The position numbers and the translations under genes are program-made. A model generated the notes under the pieces. That model ran no database searches. It was not told where the DNA came from and was given only the letters and a program-made list of their open reading frames with translations. From Candidatus Multivoradales bacterium (GTDB taxonomy: Bacteria > Acidobacteriota > Thermoanaerobaculia > Multivoradales > J023), in contig CBDFLE010000006.1 of NCBI GenBank assembly GCA_965248925.1, forward strand, positions 1,024,001 through 1,088,000: 64,000 bases of DNA, in the 5' to 3' direction. Positions 11,053 to 22,067 of this stretch are shown one piece after another; within the stretch, counting starts at the first letter, position 1; the number at the start of each line of letters is the position of its first letter.

Positions 11053-11081
11053 TTGACTACCTCAATACCTTGAACTACGAT
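11053..11081 (+). promoter_or_regulatory. Sigma70-type promoter upstream of recA
   Basis: TTGACT-17 bp-TACGAT. Confidence 0.6.
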
Positions 11082-11278
11082 CGCTCCAGGTCACCGGCAG
11101 CGCCGGGCAGTATACCTCCAAAGTACGGTGGCCTCTGACGAGCAGGCCGGTCCGGCCAGACTCGGTCAACCCAGAAGCAATCCGCAGCGCACCGGCTAAG
11201 AGCCGCCAGATCCTGCGACAGCAATTCTTCAACAGCAACGAAATTCTTCAGCAGCACCCACAAAAGGAGTCATCGACC

Positions 11279-12355
11279 ATGGCAAGACCCGGCAGAAACG
11301 ACCCGGCAGGCGACAAATCGAAAGCCATCAACAGTGCGTTCGAGCAAATCGAGCGGCAATTCGGCAAGGGCGCCATCATGCGCCTCGGCCAGCGCGGAAT
11401 TGTGGCCATCGACGCGATCTCCACCGGCTCGCTGGCGGTCGACGCCGCCACCGGCATCGGCGGTTTCCCCCATGGCCGAGTCGTCGAAGTCTACGGCCCT
11501 GAGTCTTCCGGCAAAACCACCCTCGCCCTTTCGGTGGTCGCCGAGGCGCAGAAGAAAGGCGGCACCGCCGCCTTTATCGATGCCGAGCACGCCCTAGACG
11601 CGGAATACGCCCAGAAGATCGGCGTCGACATCGACAATTTTCTAGTGTCGCAGCCCGACAGCGGCGAGCAGGCGCTGGAAATCGCCGAGATGCTGGTGCG
11701 TTCCAACGCGGTCGACATCATCGTCATCGACTCAGTGGCGGCCTTGGTGCCGCGGGCTGAACTCGAGGGCGAGATGGGTGATTCCCACGTCGGCCTGCAT
11801 GCCCGCCTGATGTCACAGGCGCTGCGCAAGCTCACCGCCATCGTCGCCAAGAGCCGCACCTGCTTGGTCTTCATCAATCAGATTCGCGAAAAGATCGGCG
11901 TCATGTTCGGCAGCCCTGAAACCACCACCGGCGGGCGAGCATTGAAGTTCTACAGCTCGATGCGCATCGACATCCGCCGCATCGCCGCGCTCAAGGACGG
12001 CGACACGGTAGTCGGCAGCCGCGCACGGGTCAAGGTGGTCAAGAACAAGGTAGCGGCCCCCTTCCGCCAAGCCGAGTTCGACATCGATTACGGCGAAGGT
12101 ATCTCCCGCCCCGGAGAGCTGGTCGACCTGGGGGTCGAGCACAATGAAGTGCTCAAGAGCGGCGCCTGGTACTCCTATGGCGACATTCGCCTCGGACAGG
12201 GCCGCGAAAACGCCAAGACCTTCCTGCGTGAGAATCCAGACTTGGCCGACGAAATCTACGCCAAGTTGCGCCAGGCCCTGGGGATGAAGCCACTGGCTGA
12301 GAAGCGGGCCAGCGAAACGGCCAAGGCCGGATCCGACACCGCGGTCAAGGCCTGA
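11279..12355 (+). CDS. recA: Recombinase A
   Basis: [51 protein letters not shown]; AGGAG RBS. Confidence 0.99.
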   Translation: MARPGRNDPAGDKSKAINSAFEQIERQFGKGAIMRLGQRGIVAIDAISTGSLAVDAATGIGGFPHGRVVEVYGPESSGKTTLALSVVAEAQKKGGTAAFIDAEHALDAEYAQKIGVDIDNFLVSQPDSGEQALEIAEMLVRSNAVDIIVIDSVAALVPRAELEGEMGDSHVGLHARLMSQALRKLTAIVAKSRTCLVFINQIREKIGVMFGSPETTTGGRALKFYSSMRIDIRRIAALKDGDTVVGSRARVKVVKNKVAAPFRQAEFDIDYGEGISRPGELVDLGVEHNEVLKSGAWYSYGDIRLGQGRENAKTFLRENPDLADEIYAKLRQALGMKPLAEKRASETAKAGSDTAVKA

Positions 12356-12552
12356 CCCGCGGCGGGCTCTGCTGTTGCTGCTGAGCCGATTTCCACCCGT
12401 TCTGCGCGTTCCTTTCAGGGAAGGTCTGCAACAATCCGTGGAGATCGAGAAGAAATGCACTACGAAAATGGCGGAGTGCCATGATGTCGCATACCATTGT
12501 GGCGCCGGTGGGCCACTTCGCCGCCGCTCGCCGCCAACCGCTCAATGGTCCG

Positions 12553-13123
12553 ATGAAACCCATCGCCGAAGATCTCAACGGCTTACTCGAAGGCTGGCAG
12601 CAGGGCAATCCACAGAGTCAAGAGCGATTGCTCGAGGCAGTTTGGGGAGAACTACACCACCTGGCCAGGATCTACCTCTCCAACGAACGTCGCAACCACA
12701 CCCTGCAACCCACCGCGCTGGTCAACGAAGCTTATCTGCGGCTCGCCGGCCAAAAGCGCATCAGCTGGCAAAATATAGAGCCCAGTTCCTTGGTGTTGCC
12801 GCTCAGGCCATGCGGCGTATCTTGGTCGACCACTCGCGCCGCCAACGGGCCGACAAGCGGGGCGGTGACGCGCTAAAGGTAGAACTCGACGAAGCCCGCG
12901 ATCTTCCGATCGAGCCCGCAGTTGGATTGCTAGAGCTGGACCAGGCCCTCAACGCTCTGGCGACGGTCGACGCCACTCAAAGCCGGCTGATCGAGCTCCG
13001 CTTCTGCGCCGGCCTGACCATTCGCGAAACCGCCACTGTGTTGGCTATTCCCCCGCCACGGTCAAGCGAGAGTGGAGTCTGGCCCGCGCTTAGCTGTTCC
13101 GGCACATGACCCGCCAGCGCTAA
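12553..13123 (+). pseudogene. ECF sigma factor (HTLQPTALVNEAYLRL, kinase-associated type), disrupted
   Basis: Split over three frames: 2-bp AT insertion at ~12775 (WQN/RAQFLGVAAQAMRRILVD), 1-bp loss at ~13050 (PATVKREW in another frame) and TAG at 13091 where Trp is expected. Confidence 0.85.
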
Positions 13124-13146
13124 GCCCGGGGCAGCCAGCATTGCGG

Positions 13147-15035
13147 ATGGACGTCGACTGGCAGCAGGTTAAAGAAATCTTCAGCGCCGCCCTAGAGTGT
13201 GCCACCGAAGAGCGCCAAGCTTTGCTCGACCGTGCGTGCCGAAATCAAGCCGAACTACGCCGAGAAATTGAGACCCTGCTCGAAGCCCACGACTTGGCGA
13301 GCCGTTTTCTGGTCGATCCGGTGCTCGGCAAGCCCCAGTCGGACGCGGCAAAGAATCGCCAACCCAGCGACGAAGGGCGCAGCATCGGCCCCTATCGGGT
13401 GCTGCGGCCGCTCGGCCAGGGCGGCATGGGCGTGGTCTACCTGGCACTGCGAGACGACGATTCCTACCGCAAACAAGTCGCTATCAAGCTGATCCAACGC
13501 GGCCTCGACCTGCGCCAACGTATAGAACTCTTCCGCACCGTCTGCGCGGCAGTCCAGGCCGCCCATCAGAGCTTGGTTATCCACCGCGATCTGAAACCCT
13601 CGAATATCCTGGTCACCGCTGACGGCCTTCCCAAGCTCTTGGACTTTGGCATCGCCAAATTGCTCGATCCGGGACTGACCGCCGACACCGTCATCGCCAC
13701 TGCCGACGACGAGTGGCTGATGACTCCGCAATACGCCAGCCCTGAACAGCTGCGGGGCGAGAACATCACCACCGCCAGCGATGTCGATGCCCTGGGCCTG
13801 CTGCTCTACGAACTGATCAGCGGATGCCGCGCCTACTCCCTGGAAGACTCGGCTCCGGCGGCGATGATGGAGGCGGTGTGTCGGCAGATCCCCCAAGCCA
13901 GCGAATGTCCGCTTTACCGAACTCAGCGCCCAAGAACAAGCCTAGAAAGCCCATCAGCGGGCGACCGAGCCGCGCCGGCTATGCCGCCTCTTGCGCGGCG
14001 ACCTCGACCGCATCGCCGCCAAGGCGCTGCGCAAAGAAGCGGCACGGCGCTACTCCTCGGCGGAGCAGCTCACCGACGATGTCCGCCGCCACCTCGACGG
14101 GCTGCCCATCCGCGCGCGGCCGGACACCGCTCTCTACTTGCTGAACAAATTCGTCCATCGCAACCACGCCTTGTCCCTGGCCATGGTGTTGCTCTTGGTC
14201 TTCGCTTTGGCCATGGCCTGGCAGGGCGTCGAGCTGCGGCGCAAACGCGATGAGTTCGAACAGCAACGCCAGGTCGCCGAGAAAGTCACCGACCACATCG
14301 TGGATCTGGTCAAGAATTGGGATCCGCTGCTGGCTCAAGGCAACGAGCCAACAATCGGCGAAGCCCTCGAACGAGGAGCCTTGACCCTGGACAGCCTCGC
14401 CGGGCAGCCCACCGTCCACGCTCGCTTGCGCAATGTTTATGGCGAGATCTTGATGAACCGCGGCAAGTACGCCGAAGCCGACCGCCACCTGCAACAGGCC
14501 CTGGAGATCGAGCTTCAACTCGGCAACGCACTGGATATCGCCGACAGCCAGAATCGACTCGGTGCACTACGCTCCGAGCAAGGGCGCTATGAGGAAGCCA
14601 GCGAATTGATGCAGCTGGCGCTGGCCGGTTTCCGCCAAGCGCTGGGTGATCGGGACGAGCGAGTTGCTCGGATGCTGTCGAACCTTGGCGCCCTCCACTT
14701 CACCGCCGGCGACTTGGTCACCGCCGAGCCACTGATCCGTGAAGCCCTGACCCTGCAAGTAGACCTGCTCGAAGTTGGCGAAACAGCGCAGGCGGCAGAC
14801 CTCTTCGAAGAAGCTCTACGGCTGCGCCGAAGAGTGCTGCCCAGCGGCCATCCAAGACTGGCGACTTCCCTCTTGGGTCTCGGCCGCACCTGGTTGGAAA
14901 GGGGCCAAGCCGAACAGGCCGAGCCGCTGTTTCGCGAGGCGGTTGAGATTCGCCGAGCCACCCTAGAGACCGAGGGCTGGCGCACCGCATCGGCCGAGTG
15001 CCTACTCGGCCTGGCCCTGATGCGCCTCGGCAACA
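13147..15035 (+). pseudogene. Ser/Thr protein kinase with TM and TPR repeats, disrupted
   Basis: GQGGMGVVY, VAIK, HRDLKPSN, DFG and TPQYASPEQ are present, but subdomains III-V are deleted (RGLD|LRQRIELF). A frameshift at ~13900-13990 precedes LRGDLDRIAAKALRKE. The TPR region is shortened and the 3' end reads into the antisense of the neighbouring gene. Confidence 0.85.
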
Positions 15036-15733
15036 CAGTCTGGGATGTTGTTATCGACATAGACCGTTTTAGCGACATAGCCGTTGATCTGAGCCACGCT
15101 CGACCACTCGCCACCACCGAGGTAGACCGCGGTTCTTTCGGTCACCGCTTCAAGACCGTCCGCCAGCCGAGTGAAGCGTAGCCGCTGTCCAACTTTAGCC
15201 TCGATCGTGAAAGCCCCGCCGCGTCCATCCGCCTGGACCCCAAACCGCGCTTGGCCGTTGCTGGGCAACGCCTGCGAAAGCTCGACCACCAGCTGCCAAT
15301 CACCGCAGCTGGTCTGCACCGAAGCCGGCGGGATGAACAAGTCCACCACCCTCACATCGGTCGGTGTCAGCCGGGCACCGGACATGGTGGGACCGTTCAA
15401 GTCGAACACCAAGCCACCAGTTTGCAAGATCTGATCACCCAGTTCCTCTTCGAGATCGGTACAGACGATCACCGGCCCCTCGGCCCCGCCGAATGAAACC
15501 TCGTCCCTCAGTGCGGCCCGCTTTCCGGGGGTTCCACAGAGCACCGACTGCAGCTCTTCCTCACCCACCGCGACAAAAGACACCATGCCTTCGGCCAGTT
15601 TCACGGCGGCAAAGCCCGGTTCGACTGCCAACTCATCGCCAGCCACGGCCGGCTCAGCGGCGAACATCGCCGAGATCAGTAAAACGGTGGTTAGAAATTG
15701 CCCGTTCGGTCCCCAGAATCGCGCATTGGCCAT
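15002..15733 (-). CDS. Secreted hypothetical protein, probably 3'-truncated
   Basis: AAGGAG RBS and signal peptide (…ISAMFAAEPAVA); the last residues are encoded antisense to the kinase TPR region. Confidence 0.65.
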   Translation of the reverse strand: MANARFWGPNGQFLTTVLLISAMFAAEPAVAGDELAVEPGFAAVKLAEGMVSFVAVGEEELQSVLCGTPGKRAALRDEVSFGGAEGPVIVCTDLEEELGDQILQTGGLVFDLNGPTMSGARLTPTDVRVVDLFIPPASVQTSCGDWQLVVELSQALPSNGQARFGVQADGRGGAFTIEAKVGQRLRFTRLADGLEAVTERTAVYLGGGEWSSVAQINGYVAKTVYVDNNIPDCVAEAHQGQAE

Positions 15734-16016
15734 TCTCGATCTCCTTAGAATCAGTGTGGGTCGTTAAAACCCTCAAGCCCATAGGGGAACGCGTAGGCTA
15801 CCGAGGAAGTGGCTCAGATCCGTTGGCTCCTCACTCACCCACTGGGCTTTTGGACTTCTCCGACCACGGCCGAGGGTCTCGGTGCAGCCCAGCAAGTGCC
15901 CAACTGGCCGCCAGGTCGCCTGTTAGACTTCGACCCGACCCGGCTCATTTCTCTCACCCGAGTTCGCGGACCCTGGCCTGCCCGCCAAAGGCGAGGCTCA
16001 TGGAGGAAACTACCGA

Positions 16017-17969
16017 ATGCGCGCCAAGATCGCTCGCCGCCTTGTCATCCCTTCATTGAGCCTGATCGCTCTCTGCACCCTCCTGGTGAGCGGCGCGAAA
16101 CTCCTCGCCCATCCGGAGACCAGCGCTAGCAGCGAACTCGCGGTTGAAATCAACAACGTGATCTCCGGAACTCCGCTGCAGCTGACCATCACCGGAGTCG
16201 ATGAACAGACCGAGGTTCAAGTCCAGATCGACGGCCGGCTGGCCGGCAGTGGCAAGGTGACTGGCGGCCAGCTAGTGCTGAAAGACACCCTACTCGGCGC
16301 CGGCAAGCATCAATTAGAGATCAGCACCGCCAGCCCTGGGCGGACTAGCAGAACCGCGAGCACTGAGCGCCGGCTGCTGCCGGGATGGCTATCATTGCTA
16401 CCGCCGCTGCTGGCGATCGGCCTGGCGCTGGCCACCCGCGATGTGCTGATCTCGCTCTTCCTGGGGATCTTTGGCGGCGCCCTGATCCTCAACGGTTGGA
16501 ATCCCTTCGCCGCCCTTGGCCGCACCGTCGATCAATTCATCGTGCCGGCGCTGACCGAGGAGAGCAACACCTCGATCATCGTCTTCACCCTCTTCCTCGG
16601 CGGCATGGTGGGGTTGATCACCAAGAGTGGCGGCACCCGCGGGATCATCGAACGCCTCGCCCCCTACGCCACCAATCGGCGCCGCGGCCAGCTCGCCACC
16701 TGGGCCATGGGAGTGCTGATCTTCTTCGACGACTACGCCAACACGCTGATCGTCGGGCCGACCATGCGGCCAATCACCGATCGGCTGAAAATCAGCCGCG
16801 AGAAGCTGGCTTACATCGTCGACTCAACCGCCGCGCCGGTGGTTTGCTTGTTCCCAATTTCCACTTGGGTGGGCTACGAGCTGGGTTTGATCCAGCAGGC
16901 GTTCCGCGATCTGGGGGTCGAATTCGATGCCTACACCTTCTTCATCCGCAGCATCCCCTACCGCTTCTATCCCCTCTTCGCCCTGCTAGCGGTCCTCACC
17001 CTGGCTTGGCGCCAGGTCGATTTTGGACCGATGCGCAAGGCTGAGCGCCGGGCCGCCGAACGGGGCGAACTTCTACCTCCCGACGCCGTGCCGATCGCCG
17101 ACTATTCATCCCAGGACATGGAGCCGCCGGCAGATGCGCCGCTGCGGGCCAGCAACGCCTTCTTGCCAATTCTGACCGTCGTGCTGGTGACCCTGTGGGG
17201 GCTCTACGCCACCGGCGCCGCCGGCAAGACGCGCGCAATCGATGTCGGCGTGGGGGACTGGCTGCGCGTCGTGCTCAACGACGCCAACAGCTTCCAAGCT
17301 CTTCTCTGGGCCAGCCTCAGCGGCATGTTGATCGCCCTCATCCTGCCGGTCGCTCAACGTATCCTCAGCCTTGGCGACGCGATCAAGGCGATGGTGGCTG
17401 GGTTCAAAGCCATGTTGCTGGCCCTATGTGTGCTGACCTTGGCCTGGTCGATCGGCGATGTCTGCGGCGAGCTGCACACCGCCGACTTCCTGGTCGCTCT
17501 GACCCACGGCATCGTAGCGCCGATGTGGTTGCCAGCCCTGACCTTCATATTGTCGGCGGCGGTGGCCTTCGCCACCGGCTCTTCGTGGGGCACGATGGCG
17601 ATTCTCGAACCCTTGGTGATCCCCATCTGCCACGAGCTATCGATCGCCGCCGGACTGCAAGTGGGCGACGATCGATATATGGCCTACATGCTCGGCACCA
17701 TCGCCGCGGTTCTTTCCGGCAGCGTGTGGGGGGACCATTGCTCACCGATCTCCGACACCACCATCTTGTCGAGCATGGCCACCGGCTGCGATCACATCGC
17801 CCACGTTCGGACCCAGATTCCCTACGCCTTGAGCGTCGGTGCGCTGGCGCTTATTGTCGGCTGTCTGGGTAGCGGCCTCGGCCTACCCGCATGGCTGGCC
17901 CTGGTGCTCGGCGCCGCCTTGCTGGTCTGCGGAGTGATCGGCGGCGAGAAACTGCAGGCCAGGAGCTGA
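16017..17969 (+). CDS. Na+/H+ antiporter NhaC-family transporter with an N-terminal extracytoplasmic domain
   Basis: IFFDDYAN, KISREKLAYIVDSTAAP, FATGSSWGT and GDHCSPISDTTILSS..GCDHIAHVRTQ. Confidence 0.9.
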   Translation: MRAKIARRLVIPSLSLIALCTLLVSGAKLLAHPETSASSELAVEINNVISGTPLQLTITGVDEQTEVQVQIDGRLAGSGKVTGGQLVLKDTLLGAGKHQLEISTASPGRTSRTASTERRLLPGWLSLLPPLLAIGLALATRDVLISLFLGIFGGALILNGWNPFAALGRTVDQFIVPALTEESNTSIIVFTLFLGGMVGLITKSGGTRGIIERLAPYATNRRRGQLATWAMGVLIFFDDYANTLIVGPTMRPITDRLKISREKLAYIVDSTAAPVVCLFPISTWVGYELGLIQQAFRDLGVEFDAYTFFIRSIPYRFYPLFALLAVLTLAWRQVDFGPMRKAERRAAERGELLPPDAVPIADYSSQDMEPPADAPLRASNAFLPILTVVLVTLWGLYATGAAGKTRAIDVGVGDWLRVVLNDANSFQALLWASLSGMLIALILPVAQRILSLGDAIKAMVAGFKAMLLALCVLTLAWSIGDVCGELHTADFLVALTHGIVAPMWLPALTFILSAAVAFATGSSWGTMAILEPLVIPICHELSIAAGLQVGDDRYMAYMLGTIAAVLSGSVWGDHCSPISDTTILSSMATGCDHIAHVRTQIPYALSVGALALIVGCLGSGLGLPAWLALVLGAALLVCGVIGGEKLQARS

Positions 17970-17993
17970 TTTCGCTGCGCCCGTCAGGCGCGA

Positions 17994-19082
17994 TCAGCGA
18001 CTCAGAAGTCGGCGCCACCAGCCCCCGCCCACCTCCTCCGGTAGGGCCTCCAACTCGCTCAAGGAAACCGGCAACAGGGCGATCGCGGCCTTGCGCATTT
18101 GCAGCAGTAGGAGTTCAGATTGGCGCATGCGCTCAGCCTCGTCTTTGGACAAGATCTCACCCAGACGGCGGCTGCCATCGAGGCGCGAGTAGAACTGACG
18201 CTCACTCTCTGAGAAATTGTCGAATTCCTCGTTCGAGGGTCGATGAACCCACAGCGGAACGTATTTGTCGACCACATCTATGGGCAACGCCAGGTGGCGC
18301 CTGGAGTGCAAGATTTGCTCCTCCGCGGCTTGTTCCAGCAGCAGATCGGTCACCCGCAGTTCGAGACTCGCGGTCGGCGACTCGCGCTCGTCGCAGATCC
18401 GTGCGATGCCATTCTGGTGCAGCTGGTAGGCAGCCATGAGGAACTGAAAGTGAGAGCCTCTGACCCGACCGTAGATCTCGCTCAAGGTCGACTTGCCGTC
18501 GATTTCTTCGCTCAGCCGCCGCTGCAGCGGCCCTAGTTCTTCACCCGGCCAACCCGCTGCTCGCGCCAACACAAAGTGATCGTGAGCCAGCACCTCAGTC
18601 ACCCGTCGTTTCTCGTCGATCCACCGAGTTCCCTCGAGGATCAGAGTCAAGGTCTCGATCGGCTCGGCCAAAATCTCCTCTTCCGGCGGCGCCTCGACCT
18701 GGAAAAAGAAGAGGCCGTGGTTCCACAGAAAGAGGTCGCAGATCCGGTCTTCGATCTGGTGCCGCAGGGTGCGCTGGATGACCTCCAACGACAGAATACC
18801 CTCCTCGATGAGCACCACTCCCAACCGTTTTTTGCGCGCTCGACAAAGGCTCAAACAGCTCACCAACTGGGCTTCGTCGAGCAGCCCATTGAGCAGCAAG
18901 TGCTGGCCATAATACTCCGCCGGATCGTCCGACACGCATGCCACCACTTGGCCAAGCTGAAAGTAAATCCGCTTTTCACGGCTGGCGCGGCGCAACACCA
19001 AAGAACCCGAGCGGCGTTCATTGAACGCCCAATTGAGCAGCTCGGGCATCGGGAAAGATGCAAGTCGACCGGAAAATTCCAT
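17994..19082 (-). CDS. DUF4388 (PatA-N-like) domain protein
   Basis: N-terminal FSGRLASFPMPELL…RSGSL…IYFQLGQVV; RLGVVLIEEG; LFLWNHGLFFF. Confidence 0.8.
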   Translation of the reverse strand: MEFSGRLASFPMPELLNWAFNERRSGSLVLRRASREKRIYFQLGQVVACVSDDPAEYYGQHLLLNGLLDEAQLVSCLSLCRARKKRLGVVLIEEGILSLEVIQRTLRHQIEDRICDLFLWNHGLFFFQVEAPPEEEILAEPIETLTLILEGTRWIDEKRRVTEVLAHDHFVLARAAGWPGEELGPLQRRLSEEIDGKSTLSEIYGRVRGSHFQFLMAAYQLHQNGIARICDERESPTASLELRVTDLLLEQAAEEQILHSRRHLALPIDVVDKYVPLWVHRPSNEEFDNFSESERQFYSRLDGSRRLGEILSKDEAERMRQSELLLLQMRKAAIALLPVSLSELEALPEEVGGGWWRRLLSR

Positions 19083-19169
19083 AGGAGCAGAATCCTACCC
19101 GCTGTATCCAAGACTGACAATGCAGTTTCGGGACTGACAATGGTCAGCTTGAAACGCTAAGCTGAGCCA

Positions 19170-22067
19170 ATGAGCACTCCAAGAGCTATCGTTACCTGTC
19201 TGCTTTTGTTGACTTCTCAGGCAGCTTGGGCGCAGTCGCCGCCCTGCTCGCCTTGCGCTGGTATCCGGGTAGACAAGCCGTCAGAATTTGCCGACACCTT
19301 GGCCGCCGAGCCTCGCCTCGGTGCAGAAGAGCGGCTCTATGTCGCTTGGGAAGCGGCCCTCGACGGCTCGGCCGAGAGCGCACCGATCACCGCTATCACA
19401 GCCGCCGGCGGATCTCCTTGGGTGGTGTTGCAATTCACCACCGCGGCGCCACTGCTCGATCATTTGGCGAGCCTCGAAGGCGAGCTGCGGGAGGTTGCCC
19501 GACTGGTCAGCGGCTCCGGTCCGCGAGCCCACTTCCAGATCGACTGGCGACCCGCTGGGGAGATCGCCGACCCCGGCCAGCTGGCCTTCTTGCTCAAGCG
19601 TGCCGCGGTGACCATCACCGGTACCAACAGCGACGCTCGGGTATTGGCCGGCCCCCTGCCGGCGCGACCCGCAGACCTGCGCACTCTCTATGGCGAAGAA
19701 GTAGCCGCCTATCTCGACGGCATCGCTCTGACCCCGGCCGCGCCAGCCCAATTGAGCCAAGCCCTGGCCACCCTGAGGGAGCTCGATCCGGGCAAACCGG
19801 TGGTGCTCGACGCCTACGACTGGCCCAACCCAGCCGCCCGCACACTTCCCTTGGCCGCCGAGGCAGCACGCCAAGGAATCGCCGTCACCCTATTTAAATT
19901 CGGCGACCGCGAGGCCGCTGAGCTGCTGCCGCTGAAACTGCTGGCCCGCGAATTCCAGGGCGACCTGGCCTACGATCCCTACTCGATTCCCAGCGGTGTC
20001 GACGGCGCCTGGACTTTTGTCCGCGGCAGCGACTTGGGGTTGCGCCTGATCGTCGAGTCGAGCAACGAATCGCCGCTGTTGAAGTTCGACGACAATCAAC
20101 TCAAGGCGCCGACCTTGATCGACCTGAGCAGCGGTGAAGAGAGGCTTATATTCGGCCAGAGTCGCACCCGCGATGGCTTCCAACTTCCGTTGACCGACGT
20201 TGGTCAAGTCGCCCTGCTGCGGCTCGAACGGCTCAGCGCCAGCGAACTCGAGGGAATCGAAGAGGAACTCACGGTCGAGACCGAGCGCCAACTGCCAGTC
20301 GAAGAGATTCTGCGCCGACTGCAAGCTTTCGAAGACGCCCAGGCGCGGCGGCTGACCCACTACACCGCCACCAACACTCAGCACCTGCGCTTTCGCCTCG
20401 GCAATGGGGTGAGGTCCATCGAAGCAACATTCGAGGGCGACTTCTTCTATCGCCGCGGCGAGGGATTCGATTGGGCTTGGCAGAACTTGTACATCAATGG
20501 GGTGCGCTGGAAGAGCGACCGGCTGCCCGAGATACCGCTGATCCAGCCCGAGAAAGCCGCCGCCCTGCCGCTCGAGATCAGCCTGACCAAGGACTATCGT
20601 TACCGCCTACGCGGTACTGGCGAGGCCGAGGGCCGCGATTGCTGGATCATCGACTTCGCACCGCTGGTGGCCGAACCGGGCCTGCACCAGGGCACCGTAT
20701 GGGTCGACCGCGAGATCTTCGCCCGAGTCAAGACCCGAGCCCTGCAGGTCAACCTGGAAGGCGAGGTGATCTCCAATGAAGAAACCATGATCTTCTCGCC
20801 GGTCGCTGCCGATGGGCAGCCCAGCGTCTGGACGGCCGAGGCCTTCTACCTGCCTCTGCGCATCCTCGGCCAGCAGCTGTTGTCAGTGCTCAACGCCACC
20901 ACTCAGCTCGAGAAAGAAACCAGGCTCACCGCCGTGGTTATCAACCCCGAAGACTTCGAGCGCCGCCGCGCCGCCGCTTGGCAGTCCGCGGCCACCATGG
21001 TGCGCGACACCGAGCAGGGATTGCGCTACCTGGTCAAAGACGACGATGGCCAACGGGTGGTCAAAGAAGGCTTCGACGCCGATCGCGTTTTCCTCCTCGG
21101 CGGCGTTTTCTACGACCCCTCGCTCGACTTCCCCCTGCCGCTAGCCGGCATCAACTACCTGTCGCTCGACTTCCGCGGCAGCGGCAATCAAGTCAACGTA
21201 TTCTTCGCCGGTGCTCTGTTGCAAGCCAACATCGCCGAACCGCGTTTATTCGACAGCAAGTGGGACGCTGGGGCCAGCGTCTTCGGCTTTTTCCTGCCCA
21301 CCAACGATAGTCTCTACAGTGATGGGATCGAGATCGATGAGCAAGAGATCAAGAGCGCCAATGGCCTCTTGGCCGTCTTCCTCGGTCGGCCGCTGGGTGA
21401 ATTCACCAAGCTAGATTTCACTTACAGTCTAGGTTTCGAAACCTTTTCCGACGCCGACGACACCGCCGAAGAGTTCACCCTGCCCGAAGACACCCTCACC
21501 CAGACAGTGCAGGTCGACCTCAGCTACAGCCGCTGGGGTTGGCGCTTCGCCGCCCAAGGCAGCTGGAATCAGCGTGACGACTGGCAGCCCTGGGGGTTGC
21601 CGGGCAACCCGGACTTCGATACCGAAAAAGAAGATTACACGCGGTGGAACGTGTCATTGGCCAAAACCTTCTGGTTGCCCAAGTTCACCACCTTCGGCAT
21701 CGCGGTCGAGCATCTCGACGGCGCCGATCTCGACCGCTTCAGCAAGTACGACTTTGGGTTCTTCAGCAACACCTCGGTGAACGGCTACCAGAGTGGCCTG
21801 GTGCGCGCTTCAGAAGCCGATGGCCTGCACCTGACTTATGGCCTTAACATCGGCGACGTTTTCCGCTTCGAAGTCGAGGCCGACGCGGTGTGGGCCACCG
21901 ATGAACTCACCGGGCTCGACCGCGAGCTGCTGGCCGGCGTGGGTCTTGAGGGGCAGGTGATCGGCCCCTGGCGAACCCTGGTCAATTTCTCCCTTGGCGT
22001 GCCGGTCGCCGGGCCAGCCGAGGACTTCGTCGGCCGCATCTTCTTCCTCAAGCTATTCAGCAAGTAG
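19170..22067 (+). CDS. Large secreted/outer-membrane protein of unknown function
   Basis: 965 aa; signal peptide (AAWA|Q); C-terminal alternating beta-strand pattern ending in FFLKLFSK. Confidence 0.75.
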   Translation: MSTPRAIVTCLLLLTSQAAWAQSPPCSPCAGIRVDKPSEFADTLAAEPRLGAEERLYVAWEAALDGSAESAPITAITAAGGSPWVVLQFTTAAPLLDHLASLEGELREVARLVSGSGPRAHFQIDWRPAGEIADPGQLAFLLKRAAVTITGTNSDARVLAGPLPARPADLRTLYGEEVAAYLDGIALTPAAPAQLSQALATLRELDPGKPVVLDAYDWPNPAARTLPLAAEAARQGIAVTLFKFGDREAAELLPLKLLAREFQGDLAYDPYSIPSGVDGAWTFVRGSDLGLRLIVESSNESPLLKFDDNQLKAPTLIDLSSGEERLIFGQSRTRDGFQLPLTDVGQVALLRLERLSASELEGIEEELTVETERQLPVEEILRRLQAFEDAQARRLTHYTATNTQHLRFRLGNGVRSIEATFEGDFFYRRGEGFDWAWQNLYINGVRWKSDRLPEIPLIQPEKAAALPLEISLTKDYRYRLRGTGEAEGRDCWIIDFAPLVAEPGLHQGTVWVDREIFARVKTRALQVNLEGEVISNEETMIFSPVAADGQPSVWTAEAFYLPLRILGQQLLSVLNATTQLEKETRLTAVVINPEDFERRRAAAWQSAATMVRDTEQGLRYLVKDDDGQRVVKEGFDADRVFLLGGVFYDPSLDFPLPLAGINYLSLDFRGSGNQVNVFFAGALLQANIAEPRLFDSKWDAGASVFGFFLPTNDSLYSDGIEIDEQEIKSANGLLAVFLGRPLGEFTKLDFTYSLGFETFSDADDTAEEFTLPEDTLTQTVQVDLSYSRWGWRFAAQGSWNQRDDWQPWGLPGNPDFDTEKEDYTRWNVSLAKTFWLPKFTTFGIAVEHLDGADLDRFSKYDFGFFSNTSVNGYQSGLVRASEADGLHLTYGLNIGDVFRFEVEADAVWATDELTGLDRELLAGVGLEGQVIGPWRTLVNFSLGVPVAGPAEDFVGRIFFLKLFSK

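Noticed and set aside
11136-11180. CTGACGA resembling a hammerhead ribozyme core; the region was also considered as 6S RNA
   Set aside because: No correctly placed GAAA core strand; too short and not clearly rod-shaped enough for a 6S call.
13091-13093. In-frame TAG in the ECF gene as possible recoding
   Set aside because: It is accompanied by frameshifts and deletions in the same module, so simple pseudogenisation explains it.
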